From NCBI RefSeq assembly GCF_965279145.1, contig NZ_OZ257139.1, forward strand, positions 4,011,571 through 4,075,570: 64,000 nucleotides of DNA. The letters are read 5' to 3'. Origin of the DNA: Caulobacter sp. (GTDB lineage Bacteria; Pseudomonadota; Alphaproteobacteria; Caulobacterales; Caulobacteraceae). This document shows positions 19,434-29,229 of the stretch, in pieces (position 1 is the stretch's first letter; every line of letters starts with the position of its first letter). Made by a program: the position numbers and the translations under genes. Below the pieces are notes generated by a model. It saw only the letters and a program-made list of their open reading frames with translations, was not told the origin of the DNA and did not search any database.

Positions 19434-19549
19434 TTAGAGCGTGGCAGCCGAAAGTGTGAGCGGTTTCGGCGACTGCAACGCTCTACATGTTTGATTTAGA
19501 GCCTATTTTGACGCCCCGCACGATTCCGTGTGGGGCTAAAAGGCTCTAG
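19434..19549. repeat. CIR1/CIR2-like Caulobacter intergenic repeat (BRU-RS/RIME-related)
   Basis: 116 bp from TTAGAGC to CTCTAG with two palindromic arms and a GANTC site at 19522-19526. Confidence 0.7.
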
Positions 19550-19567
19550 CCGGATATCCAGAGCCTC

Positions 19568-20653
19568 GTGACCGATCCCTTCGACACCCGCCTGACGATC
19601 GACCTCGCCGCCCTGGCCAGCAACTATGCGGTGCTGAAGGCCGAAGCCTCGGGAGCCGAGGTCGCGCCGGCCGTCAAGGCCGACGGCTATGGCATCGGCG
19701 CGGCCATCGTCGCCGATCGGCTGTGGGCCGAGGGCGCGCGCGGCTTCTACACCGCGCGCCTTTCCGAGGGCCTGGCCCTGCGCGAAAGCCTGGGCGACCG
19801 CGAGGCGACCATCTACGTCCTGGATGGCGTAACGCCCGGATCGGCCCCGGCCATGGAAGCCGCCCGCCTGACGCCGGTGCTCAACAGCCTGCCGCAGATC
19901 GAGGCCTGGAACAGCCACGCTCGCGGCGGGCGGCTGGCCGCGACGATCCACATCGACACCGGCATGAACCGGCTGGGCCTGCGCCTTGAGGAAGTCCGCG
20001 TGCTGTTGGGCGCGATGGACCGCCTCAAGCACGTCGAGATCACCCAGGTCATGAGCCATCTGGCCTGCGCCAATGCGCCCGCTCACCCGTTGAACGCCAG
20101 ACAGCTGGAGCGCTTCCAGGAAGCCGCCGCGCTGTTCCCGGACGCCCGCAAGAGCCTGGCCAGTTCGGCCGGGATCTTCCTGGGCGCTGACTATGCCTTC
20201 GACCAAGTGCGACCGGGCGTCAGCCTGTATGGCGGCGGACCGCGCGATGTTCCGGATGCTCGCCTCAAGGCCGTCGCCACCCTGGAAGCGCCGGTCCTGC
20301 AGACCCGAAACGTGCCGCGCGGCGAGAGCATCGGCTACGGCGCGACCTATACCGCCACGGAGAACACCCGCGTCGCCATCCTGGCGGCCGGCTATGCTGA
20401 CGGCGTCCCCCGCGCGGCCCATCCGCGAGGCGCGGTCTGGTTCGACGGCAAGCGTCGGCCGATGCTGGGTCGCGTCTCCATGGACCTGATCGCGGTCGAC
20501 ATCACCGACTGCGACGCCGCTCGCCCCGGCGCGATGATGCAGATCATCGGCCCCGACCTGCCGGTGGACGACGCGGCGGCGGCGGCGGGGACAACGGCCT
20601 ATGAACTGCTGACGCGGATCGCGCCCAGAGCCCTGCGAGTAACCAAGCTCTGA
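19568..20653 (+). CDS. alr: Alanine racemase
   Basis: AVKADGYG (PLP Lys), [30 protein letters not shown]. Confidence 0.96.
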   Translation: MTDPFDTRLTIDLAALASNYAVLKAEASGAEVAPAVKADGYGIGAAIVADRLWAEGARGFYTARLSEGLALRESLGDREATIYVLDGVTPGSAPAMEAARLTPVLNSLPQIEAWNSHARGGRLAATIHIDTGMNRLGLRLEEVRVLLGAMDRLKHVEITQVMSHLACANAPAHPLNARQLERFQEAAALFPDARKSLASSAGIFLGADYAFDQVRPGVSLYGGGPRDVPDARLKAVATLEAPVLQTRNVPRGESIGYGATYTATENTRVAILAAGYADGVPRAAHPRGAVWFDGKRRPMLGRVSMDLIAVDITDCDAARPGAMMQIIGPDLPVDDAAAAAGTTAYELLTRIAPRALRVTKL

Positions 20654-20663
20654 GTTGGCGGCG

Positions 20664-20703
20664 ATCCTGGCTCGGCGCGCTTCGCACTGGGCCGGGATGA
20701 CAG
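20664..20703. repeat. REP-like half element (ends GGGATGACA)
   Basis: Hairpin resembling the right arm of the 8288-8378 element. Confidence 0.55.
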
Positions 20704-20781
20704 TTTTCAAGGACACGTCCGCCTTTGGCGCAGCGCGGCCCCAGCCTGTAGTCTCCAGTCATTCTCGAATCAGGAGCTTCC

Positions 20782-22164
20782 ATGGCCCGTGACGGCGCCG
20801 TTTACGCCTGCCAGTCCTGTGGCGCGGTCCAGACCAAGTGGTCGGGACAATGCCCGGCCTGCCAGAGCTGGAATACGCTCGTCGAGGAAGTGGGCGCGAG
20901 AGCGCCCGGCGCGCTTTCCGTCACCAAGGCCACCCGCACGCGCGGCCTGCAGTTCACCGATCTGGAAAGCGACACACCCGCCCCGCCCCGTATCATCACC
21001 GGGGTCGACGAGTTCGACCGCGTCTGTGGTGGCGGCGTGGTGCCCGGCTCGGCCATCCTGATCGGCGGCGACCCCGGCGTGGGCAAGTCCACCCTGCTGC
21101 TGGAGGTGGTGGCCAGGGCCTCGCTGAAGGGCGTGTCCTGCGCCTACATTTCCGGCGAAGAGGCCGTGGCGCAGATCCGCGGCCGCGCCCATCGGATGGG
21201 CTTTGAGAAGGCGCCGGTGAAGCTGGCGGCCGAGAGCAGCCTGCGCGACATCCTGGACGGACTGAAACGCGACAATTTCGACCTCGTGGTCATCGACTCC
21301 ATCCAGACCATGTGGAGCGACGCCCACGAGGCCGGCCCCGGCACAGTCACCCAGGTCCGCGCCTGCGCCCAGGAGCTGGTGCGCCTGGCCAAGAAGAAGG
21401 GCGTGGCCATCCTGCTGGTCGGCCACGTCACCAAGGACGGCCAGATCGCCGGTCCGCGCGTGGTCGAGCATCTGGTCGACGCCGTGCTCAGCTTCGAGGG
21501 CGAGCGCGGCTATCCGTTCCGCATCTTGCGCGGCGCCAAGAACCGCTTCGGAGCCACCGACGAGATCGGCGTCTTCGAAATGGGCGATGCGGGCCTGCGC
21601 GAGGTCAAGAACCCCTCGGCCCTGTTCCTCAACGAAGGCGGCGAGCGGGCGGCCGGCGCGGCGGTTTTCGCCGGCATCGAGGGCTCGCGTCCCGTACTGG
21701 TCGAGTTCCAGGCCCTGGTCGCGCCTTCCGCGTACGGAACGCCGCGCCGGGCCGTGGTCGGATGGGATTCCGGACGGCTTGCGATGGTGCTGGCCGTACT
21801 TGAATCACGCTGCGGCCTTGGTTTTGGCGATAAGGACGTCTATCTGAACGTCGCTGGCGGCCTGCGCATAACAGAGCCGGCGGCGGATCTCGCGGCGGCG
21901 GCGGCCCTGGCCTCTTCGGCCCTCGATATCGCCCTGCCCCAGGACTGCGTCGTGTTCGGCGAGGTCAGCCTGTCGGGCGAGGTGCGGCCGGTCAGCCGGA
22001 TGGAGACGCGTTTGAAGGAAGCCGCGAAACTGGGGTTTGGCCGAGCGCTGTCATCGCTGTCGGGCCTGCCTGAAGGTGGCGGCGCCTTGCCGGTGGCGGG
22101 GGTCGCGAGACTTGCCGACGCCGTACGCCGGATCGGCGACGAGATCTGGGGTCAGCTGACGTGA
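20782..22164 (+). CDS. radA: DNA repair protein RadA/Sms
   Basis: Zn finger CQSC..CPAC, Walker A GDPGVGKST, KNRFG, Lon-like C-terminal domain. Confidence 0.97.
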   Translation: MARDGAVYACQSCGAVQTKWSGQCPACQSWNTLVEEVGARAPGALSVTKATRTRGLQFTDLESDTPAPPRIITGVDEFDRVCGGGVVPGSAILIGGDPGVGKSTLLLEVVARASLKGVSCAYISGEEAVAQIRGRAHRMGFEKAPVKLAAESSLRDILDGLKRDNFDLVVIDSIQTMWSDAHEAGPGTVTQVRACAQELVRLAKKKGVAILLVGHVTKDGQIAGPRVVEHLVDAVLSFEGERGYPFRILRGAKNRFGATDEIGVFEMGDAGLREVKNPSALFLNEGGERAAGAAVFAGIEGSRPVLVEFQALVAPSAYGTPRRAVVGWDSGRLAMVLAVLESRCGLGFGDKDVYLNVAGGLRITEPAADLAAAAALASSALDIALPQDCVVFGEVSLSGEVRPVSRMETRLKEAAKLGFGRALSSLSGLPEGGGALPVAGVARLADAVRRIGDEIWGQLT

Positions 22165-22778
22165 CGCCGTTCGACATCATCGCCGGCCTTCTGCTCATCA
22201 CCTCCGGTTCCATCGGCTTCGCGCGCGGCGCGTCGCGGGAACTGACGTCCGCCCTGTCCTTCATCTTCGCAGCCGCGATCTCCCTGTTCAGCCTCAGGAT
22301 CAGCGGACCGCTCTTTCGGGACCTGATGGACCCGGACTGGGCGGCCACCGCCTGCGCCCTTCTGGTGGTGTTCCTGGTCGTCTTCGCCCTGGTGCGCTTC
22401 ATCGGCGGCCGCCTGACCGCCAGTCTGCACGAAAGCGCGCTTGGCCTTCTGGACCGCGCCGTGGGCCTGGGCTTTGGCCTGATGCGGGCCCTGGTGGTCC
22501 TGGGCGTCTTCAACCTGCTGTTCCACATGGCCACACCGCCCGACCGGGTGCCGGCCTGGGTGGAGCGCTCGATCTTCTACCCCCTGTCGGAAGCCAGCGC
22601 CCGGGTGCTGAAAGTCTTCGCGCCGAAAGGTGGCGCCCTGGCGGGCAAACTCGCCCCCGCCATCGAGGGCGCGGTTCGGGGGACCAGCGACAATGCGCCG
22701 GACGGCAAATCCGGCGAACACGGCTATGATCAGAACCAGCGTCAGAACCTCGACGATCTGGTGGAGAAATCGCGATGA
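22161..22778 (+). CDS. cvpA: CvpA family membrane protein
   Basis: GFARGASREL, LDRAVGLGFG; radA-cvpA-purF synteny. Confidence 0.9.
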   Translation: MTPFDIIAGLLLITSGSIGFARGASRELTSALSFIFAAAISLFSLRISGPLFRDLMDPDWAATACALLVVFLVVFALVRFIGGRLTASLHESALGLLDRAVGLGFGLMRALVVLGVFNLLFHMATPPDRVPAWVERSIFYPLSEASARVLKVFAPKGGALAGKLAPAIEGAVRGTSDNAPDGKSGEHGYDQNQRQNLDDLVEKSR

Positions 22779-24274
22779 CCTCTATCGGCCAATCGACCGA
22801 TCGGTACTCCTCCCTCCCGTGGCGTGATCCCGAGGACGACACCCTGCGCCTCGAATGCGGCGTGTTCGGCGTGTTCGGCGTGCGTGACGCCGCCGCCGTC
22901 GCCGCCCTGGGCCTGCACGCCCTGCAGCATCGCGGCCAGGAAGCCTGCGGCATCGCCGCCTTCGACGGCCAGCGCTTCCACACCGAGCGCCATATGGGCC
23001 ATGTCGGCGACGCCTTCACTGGCAACGACCTGGTCGAGCGCCTGCCCGGCGGCATGGCCATCGGCCATACGCGCTATTCCACGGCCGGCGGCAGCGGCAT
23101 CCGGAACGTCCAGCCGATGTTCGCCGATCTGGAGACGGGCGGCGTCGCCATCGCCCACAACGGCAACCTGACCAACTTCCTGAGCCTGCGCGAGCGCCTG
23201 GTGCAGGAAGGCGCGATCTTTCAGTCCACCAGCGACAGCGAGGTGATCCTTCACCTGATCGCCCGCTCGCGGAAGGCCCGCATCGTCGACCGCTTCATCG
23301 ACGCCATCGGCCAGATCGAGGGCGGCTACGCCATCGTGGCCATCACCAACAAGAAGATGATCGGCATCCGCGATCCGCTGGGCATCCGCCCGCTGGTGCT
23401 GGGCGATCTGGACGGCCAGCCGATCCTGGCTTCCGAGACCTGCGCGCTGGACATGATCGGCGCCCGCTTCGTTCGCGACATCGAGCACGGCGAGATGGTG
23501 ATCATCTCCGACACGGGCGTGAAGTCGCTGAAGCCGTTCAGCAATCTCGCGGCCCGTCCCTGCGTGTTCGAATATGTCTATTTCGCCCGTCCCGACAGCG
23601 TCGTGAACGGCCGCTCGGTCTATGACGTGCGCAAGCGCATGGGCCAGCGCCTGGCCATCGAGACCGGCGTCGAGGCCGATGTCGTGGTGCCCGTCCCCGA
23701 CAGCGGCGTGCCCGCCGCCATCGGCTACGCCCAGCAGAGCGGCATCCCCTTCGACCTGGGCATCATCCGCAACCACTATGTGGGCCGCACCTTCATCCAG
23801 CCGACCCAGGGCGTGCGCGAACTGGGCGTGCGCATGAAGCACAGCCCCAACCGCGCCGTGCTGGAAGGCAAGCGCGTGATCCTGATCGACGACTCGATCG
23901 TGCGCGGCACCACCTCGCTGAAGATCGTCCGCATGGTCCGCGAAGCCGGCGCCAAGGAGGTCCATCTCCGCTCGGCCAGTCCGCCGATCAAGTGGCCCGA
24001 CTTCTACGGCATCGACATGCCGGAGCGGGAACAGCTGTTGGCGGCCAACAAGTCGCTGGAAGAAATGGCGCGGTTCCTCGAGGTCGACTCGCTGGGCTTC
24101 CTGTCGGTCGATGGCCTCTATGAAGCCCTGGAAGCCGGCCCGCGCGACCCGGTGACCCCGCAGTTCACCGACCACTATTTCACCGGCGACTACCCCACCC
24201 GCCTGACCGACCGCGAGGTGGCCGAAGGCCGCAACGAGTCCAACGACAGGCAACTGTCGCTGCTCAGCGCGTAA
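22775..24274 (+). CDS. purF: Amidophosphoribosyltransferase
   Basis: ECGVFG, LQHRGQE, PRPP motif ILIDDSIVRGTTS. Confidence 0.97.
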   Translation: MTSIGQSTDRYSSLPWRDPEDDTLRLECGVFGVFGVRDAAAVAALGLHALQHRGQEACGIAAFDGQRFHTERHMGHVGDAFTGNDLVERLPGGMAIGHTRYSTAGGSGIRNVQPMFADLETGGVAIAHNGNLTNFLSLRERLVQEGAIFQSTSDSEVILHLIARSRKARIVDRFIDAIGQIEGGYAIVAITNKKMIGIRDPLGIRPLVLGDLDGQPILASETCALDMIGARFVRDIEHGEMVIISDTGVKSLKPFSNLAARPCVFEYVYFARPDSVVNGRSVYDVRKRMGQRLAIETGVEADVVVPVPDSGVPAAIGYAQQSGIPFDLGIIRNHYVGRTFIQPTQGVRELGVRMKHSPNRAVLEGKRVILIDDSIVRGTTSLKIVRMVREAGAKEVHLRSASPPIKWPDFYGIDMPEREQLLAANKSLEEMARFLEVDSLGFLSVDGLYEALEAGPRDPVTPQFTDHYFTGDYPTRLTDREVAEGRNESNDRQLSLLSA

Positions 24275-24281
24275 CAATAAC

Positions 24282-24375
24282 TGTCATCCCCCGACTTGTT
24301 CGGGGGACCCAAGCCGCGCTAACCGTGCGCCCCGGACGGCCCGCCTGGGTCGCCCGGATCAATCGGGCGATGACG
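24282..24375. repeat. REP-like palindromic dimer (TGTCATC...GATGACG)
   Basis: Two hairpins in inverted orientation with GTCATC/GATGAC termini, between purF and the symporter gene. Confidence 0.65.
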
Positions 24376-24390
24376 AATGAGAGTGGCGGC

Positions 24391-25407
24391 GTGACCAATC
24401 CTGTTTCCAAACTTCTCTCCAGCCTGAAGATCGACGGCTACATCCTGGCCCTGATCGGCATGGTGGTGCTGGCCTCCATTCTGCCGGTGCATGGTCAGGT
24501 CGCGGCGGTCCTGGGCGTGGTGGTCAAGCTGGCCATCGCCCTGCTGTTCTTCCTGCACGGCGCCAAGCTGTCGCGTGAAGCGGTCATCGCCGGGATCACC
24601 CACTGGCGCCTGCACCTGACGATCCTGGCCTTCACCTTCGTGATGTTCCCGATCCTGGGCCTGGCGGTCAGCAAGAGCGGCGTCCTGTCGCCGACCATGG
24701 CGGCGGGCATGGTGTTCCTCGCGTGCCTGCCCTCGACGGTGCAGTCCTCGATCGCCTTCACCTCGATCGCCCGAGGCAACGTCGCGGCCGCCGTCTGCGC
24801 CGCCTCGGCGTCGAACCTGCTGGGCATCTTCCTGACGCCGGTCCTGGTCAGCCTGCTGATGCACAAGACCGGCGGCGCGGGCGACTGGAAATCGATCCAG
24901 GACATCATCGTCCAACTGCTGCTGCCGTTCATCGCCGGCCAGCTGGCGCGTCCCGTCGTGGGCGGCTGGATCGAGAAGCACAAGCCGCTGATCGGCTATG
25001 TTGATCGCGGCTCGATCCTGCTGGTGGTCTATTCGGCCTTCAGCGCCGCAGTGGTGGGCGGCCTGTGGAAGCGGGTCTCGCCGCTGGAACTGGTGACGCT
25101 GCTGGTCGTCTGTGGCGTGCTGCTGGCGGTCGTGATGATCGCCACGACCCTCGGCGCGCGCGCCCTCGGCTTTTCAAAGGCCGACGAGATCGCCATCGTG
25201 TTCTGCGGCTCCAAGAAGAGCCTGGCCACCGGCGTGCCGATGGCCGGCATCCTGTTCCCGGGAGCCACGGCTGGCGTGCTGGTGCTGCCGCTGATGATCT
25301 TCCACCAGATCCAGTTGATGGCCTGCTCGATCCTGGCGCAGCATTACGCCAAGCGTCCGGCCGATGATGTCACGGACGGGGTTCAAGAACCCTCCGCCGC
25401 CCGCTAA
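24391..25407 (+). CDS. Bile acid:sodium symporter family (YfeH-like) transporter
   Basis: LFFLHGAKLS, CLPSTVQSSIAFT, FCGSKKSLA. GTG 24391 preferred; the alternative ATG 24370 lies inside the REP. Confidence 0.9.
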   Translation: MTNPVSKLLSSLKIDGYILALIGMVVLASILPVHGQVAAVLGVVVKLAIALLFFLHGAKLSREAVIAGITHWRLHLTILAFTFVMFPILGLAVSKSGVLSPTMAAGMVFLACLPSTVQSSIAFTSIARGNVAAAVCAASASNLLGIFLTPVLVSLLMHKTGGAGDWKSIQDIIVQLLLPFIAGQLARPVVGGWIEKHKPLIGYVDRGSILLVVYSAFSAAVVGGLWKRVSPLELVTLLVVCGVLLAVVMIATTLGARALGFSKADEIAIVFCGSKKSLATGVPMAGILFPGATAGVLVLPLMIFHQIQLMACSILAQHYAKRPADDVTDGVQEPSAAR

Positions 25408-25415
25408 AAGCCCCC

Positions 25416-26165
25416 ATGGATTCTTCAGCAAAACCGCTCGCGGGCCGCGTGGCCCTGGTCACCGGCGCGACGCGCGGCATCGGGGCGGCGATCGCCCAGG
25501 GCCTGGCCGAGGCCGGCGCCCATATCGTGGCCATCGGACGCACCCAGGGCGCGCTCGAGGCCCTGGACGACGCCATCTTCGCCGCCACCGGCGAGCATGC
25601 CACGCTGGTGCCCATGGACCTGCGCGAAGCCGACGGTCTGGACCAGCTGGGCGCGGCCCTGCACCAGCGCTGGGGCAAGCTGGACATCCTGGTCGGCGCG
25701 GCCGGCGTGCTGGGCGCTCTCACCCCGGTGGGTCACCTCGACCCCAAGGGCTGGGACATGATCCTGTCCACCAACCTGACGGCCAACTGGCGGCTGATCC
25801 GCGCCATGGATCCTCTGCTGCGCGCTTCGGACGCCGGCAGGGCCCTTTTCCTCACCAGCAGCGTCGCCAGGACCCATCCGGCCTTCTGGGGCGGCTACGC
25901 GGCCTCCAAGGCGGGCCTGGAAGCCATTGTCGACTGTTATGCCGACGAGATGGAGAACACCACGGTTCGGGCCTTCTGCGTCGATCCTGGCGCGATGCGC
26001 ACCAAGATGCGCTCAGGCGCCTTCCCCGGTGAGGATCCCATGACCGTGCCGGCGCCCGAGACCATCGCGCCCTACATCGTCGATCTGGTGCGCCCTGATC
26101 GCGCGCCCGCCAAGGGCGTGGCGCGCTTCAAGGATCGCGGTCAGGAATCGCCCAGCCTCGGCTAG
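25416..26165 (+). CDS. Short-chain dehydrogenase/reductase (YciK-like)
   Basis: TGATRGIG, YAASKAG, DPGAMRTKMR..AFPGED. Confidence 0.9.
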   Translation: MDSSAKPLAGRVALVTGATRGIGAAIAQGLAEAGAHIVAIGRTQGALEALDDAIFAATGEHATLVPMDLREADGLDQLGAALHQRWGKLDILVGAAGVLGALTPVGHLDPKGWDMILSTNLTANWRLIRAMDPLLRASDAGRALFLTSSVARTHPAFWGGYAASKAGLEAIVDCYADEMENTTVRAFCVDPGAMRTKMRSGAFPGEDPMTVPAPETIAPYIVDLVRPDRAPAKGVARFKDRGQESPSLG

Positions 26166-26390
26166 CGGATCACGGGGCCAGGTGTTGGACCGAGCGGGCG
26201 ACGGACATCCACGCCTCGCTCTGACCGATCGGGATCACCGAGAGCTGCTGAAGATATAGACCGGATGGGGCCGTCCCCGGGTCCGCTGACGCGGGCTACG
26301 CTTGTACGAAACATGGAGACCGCCAGGCTGATTGCAGCCTGAAGGCGGCGCGAACGAGACTGAAAAACCAACGTTCCGCGACGTGCGCGC

Positions 26391-27326
26391 TCAAATCTCC
26401 AGCAGGTCGCGGCCGACGATGATCTCGCCCGCGAAATGGGCGCGCACGGCTTCCAGCCAGACGCGATCTTCGATGAAGGGATAGCCGCCGGGCACGAAGT
26501 GCGAGAGCACCAGCGTCTTCACGCCGGCCGCGGTGGCAATCTTTCCCACCTGTTCAGTGGTGGTGTGACTGGCCAGCAGATGATCCTTCAGGCGGGTGGC
26601 GTTGGGCTCGGTGGCCAGCAGCGCCTCCATCGCCGGCAGGTACAGAACCTCGTGGACCAGCACGTCCGCTCCCTTCGCCAGGGCGATCAGAGCTTCGGAC
26701 GGCGCGGTGTCTCCGGAAATGACGATCGAGCGGTCGGCCGTGTCGAAACGATAGGCGAAGGCCGGCGCGACCGGCGGGTGACGCACCAGGGCGGCCGTCA
26801 CCTTCACATTGGCGTCCTGCATCACAAGGCCCGGCCCAGTGATCTCGTGCGGATGGATCAGCGGCCCCAGCGGCGGACGGCCCTCGTCGGCGATTCTGGT
26901 CTGGATGTCGAAGGCGTTCAGCGCCAGCGACTGTCGTGTCATGGCCGCCAGGGGCGGCGGACCATAGGTGTCGACCCGGTGATCCAGATCGGCGGCCCAG
27001 GCCAGCAGCAGCAGGTTGCCATAGTCGGCGTTGTGGTCGGAGTGATGGTGGGTGATGAAGACGTCGCGGATCGAGCCCAGCTTCAGCCCCGCCGAGACGA
27101 TCTGGCGCGCGACGCCGTCACCGCAGTCGATGACATAGGTCGCGCCATTGACGACAATCGCCTGGGCGGGGGCCGAGCGGTTCTTCTTGGGCGTGGGTCC
27201 GCCAGCGGTGCCCAGCAGGATCAGCCGGCTCTCCGTGGCGGCCTGCGCCGGAAGGCCGCCGGCCAAAAGCGCGGCGGCGCCAAGCGCCACGCCCCGGGAC
27301 AGCAAATTTCTGCGATCCAGTGACAT
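26391..27326 (-). CDS. MBL-fold hydrolase, RNase Z/AtsA-like, with Tat signal
   Basis: DRRNLL twin-arginine leader; LLGTAGGP, THHHSDH, SGDT, HEV, SHTT, LSHF. Confidence 0.88.
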   Translation of the reverse strand: MSLDRRNLLSRGVALGAAALLAGGLPAQAATESRLILLGTAGGPTPKKNRSAPAQAIVVNGATYVIDCGDGVARQIVSAGLKLGSIRDVFITHHHSDHNADYGNLLLLAWAADLDHRVDTYGPPPLAAMTRQSLALNAFDIQTRIADEGRPPLGPLIHPHEITGPGLVMQDANVKVTAALVRHPPVAPAFAYRFDTADRSIVISGDTAPSEALIALAKGADVLVHEVLYLPAMEALLATEPNATRLKDHLLASHTTTEQVGKIATAAGVKTLVLSHFVPGGYPFIEDRVWLEAVRAHFAGEIIVGRDLLEI

Positions 27327-27346
27327 GACCCCTGGCTCCCTCGCCC

Positions 27347-29107
27347 CTACTTGCCCTTGGGCTTGGCCTTGTTGCCGCGCACGATATTCGAACCCGCAAC
27401 GGGACGCTTGGGCGCGGCCGCCTTGCCGCCGGCGGCCTTGAAGCCGACCTTGTAGCTGGGCGTGGTCGAGACCTTCTTCTGCGCGCGAGGCCCCTGCTTC
27501 TTGATCGACTTGACGGCGGCCTTGCCGGGTTCGGCGGCGGGCGCCGTGGCGGCGCTGGTGGTCTTGGCCTCGGCCTTGACGGGCTTCTTCGGGCCCCTCA
27601 CCGGCGCCTTCTCCGGTGGCGGCAGGCCGGCTGCGGCAGCCGCGGCGGCGGCGGCCTCGTCGGCGATGCGCTTGGATTTCTTGACCGTGTTGCGCGAGGC
27701 GCGGATGCGTTCCTCCTCGCGCTCACGGCGTTCGAATTCGCGCTTGCCGCGACCGCTGTGGCCCTTGGCCTCACCATCGGCATAGGGGTTGGCGCCCGAC
27801 TTGATGGTGATGCGCAGCGGCACCCCCGGCAGGTCGAAGCTCTCGCGCAGACTGTTGATCAGGTAGCGCCGATACTGCTCGGGCATCTGGTCGGCGCGGC
27901 TGGAGAACAGCACGAAGGTCGGCGGGCGGGCCTTGGTCTGGGCCATGTACTTGGGCTTGATGCGCTTGCCGCTGACGGTGGGCGGCGGGTGGCGCTGCAT
28001 GGCCATCTGCAGCCAGTCGTTCAGGTCGCGCGTCTTGACCTTGGTCGCCCAGTCCTTGTGGATCTTCATCACGGCCGGCATCAGCTTTTCGATGCCCTTG
28101 CCGGTTTCGCCCGACAGCGCCACCACCGGCGCGCCGCGCAGCTGGGGCAGCATGCGCTCGGCGTGCTCGCGGAAATCCTTCAGCTGGGCCACGGGATCCT
28201 CGACCAGGTCCCACTTGGCCAGGACGAAGACCAGCGCCCGCCCTTCCCGTTCGGTCAGGTCGGCGATCTGCAGATCCTGGACCTCGAAGGGGTGGGTGGC
28301 GTCCATCACCAGCAGCACCACCTCGGCGAAGGTGACGGCGCGGATCGAGTCCTGGGTGGAGAGCTTTTCCAGCTTCTCCTGAACCTTGGCCTTCTTGCGC
28401 AGGCCGGCGGTGTCGACCAGCCGGACCTTGCGACCATCCCACAGCCAGTCGACCGAGATCGAGTCGCGGGTGATGCCGGCCTCGGGACCGGTCAGCAGGC
28501 GTTGCTCGCCGATCAGGCGGTTGACCAGGGTCGACTTGCCGGCGTTGGGGCGACCGACGATGGCGATGCGGATCGGCTTGTCGTCGTCGTCCTCTTCCTC
28601 GGAATACTGGTCTTCCGGGAAGGCGGCCAGCATGGCGGCGTAGAGCTCGGCCATGCCTTCGCCGTGCTCGCCCGAGATCGGGATCGGTTCGCCCAGACCC
28701 AGCTTGTAGGCCTCGCCGATCCCGGACTGCCCCGCTTTACCCTCGGCCTTGTTGGCGGCGATGATCACCGGCTTGCCGCGACGGCGCAGCAGGGTGGCGA
28801 ACACCTCGTCCAGCGGCGTCACGCCCTCGCGGGCGTCGTAGATGAACAGCGAGACGTCGGCTTCCTCGACGGCCAGTTCGGTCTGGGCGCGCATGCGCGC
28901 TTCCAGGCTTTCGTCCGAGACGTCCTCGAAGCCGGCGGTGTCGATCAGTTCGAGGTCCAGATCGCCGAGGCGACCGGAGGCGTACCGGCGGTCACGGGTG
29001 ACCCCCGGCTGGTCATCAACGATCGCCAGCTTCTTACCGGCGAGACGATTGAACAGCGTGGACTTGCCCACGTTGGGGCGGCCGACGATAGCGAGTTTCA
29101 AAGGCAT
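27347..29107 (-). CDS. der: Ribosome biogenesis GTPase Der/EngA with long basic C-terminal tail
   Basis: Two G domains ([20 protein letters not shown] x2) and a KH-like domain. Start placed at ATG 29107. Confidence 0.97.
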   Translation of the reverse strand: MPLKLAIVGRPNVGKSTLFNRLAGKKLAIVDDQPGVTRDRRYASGRLGDLDLELIDTAGFEDVSDESLEARMRAQTELAVEEADVSLFIYDAREGVTPLDEVFATLLRRRGKPVIIAANKAEGKAGQSGIGEAYKLGLGEPIPISGEHGEGMAELYAAMLAAFPEDQYSEEEDDDDKPIRIAIVGRPNAGKSTLVNRLIGEQRLLTGPEAGITRDSISVDWLWDGRKVRLVDTAGLRKKAKVQEKLEKLSTQDSIRAVTFAEVVLLVMDATHPFEVQDLQIADLTEREGRALVFVLAKWDLVEDPVAQLKDFREHAERMLPQLRGAPVVALSGETGKGIEKLMPAVMKIHKDWATKVKTRDLNDWLQMAMQRHPPPTVSGKRIKPKYMAQTKARPPTFVLFSSRADQMPEQYRRYLINSLRESFDLPGVPLRITIKSGANPYADGEAKGHSGRGKREFERREREEERIRASRNTVKKSKRIADEAAAAAAAAAGLPPPEKAPVRGPKKPVKAEAKTTSAATAPAAEPGKAAVKSIKKQGPRAQKKVSTTPSYKVGFKAAGGKAAAPKRPVAGSNIVRGNKAKPKGK

Positions 29108-29148
29108 GGGTTTGCAGTAGTCGATTTTTCCCGTTCCCGCAAAGCGAC

Positions 29149-29178
29149 GACCCGGGCCGGCTTGCGCCGACCCGGGTC
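29149..29178. repeat. REP-like GC hairpin
   Basis: gacccgggccggc-ttgc-gccgacccgggtc, related to the arm at 8342-8372. Confidence 0.4.
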
Positions 29179-29229
29179 TCGGGAACGTCTGGTTGATGGT
29201 CAACGGGCCGAAAAGCCCGCCGAAAGTCT

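Noticed and set aside
26162-26371. 69-aa - strand ORF after the MBL hydrolase, vaguely signal-peptide-like
   Set aside because: TTG start, no clear SD, no motif. It may be a decayed gene, but I cannot support a call.
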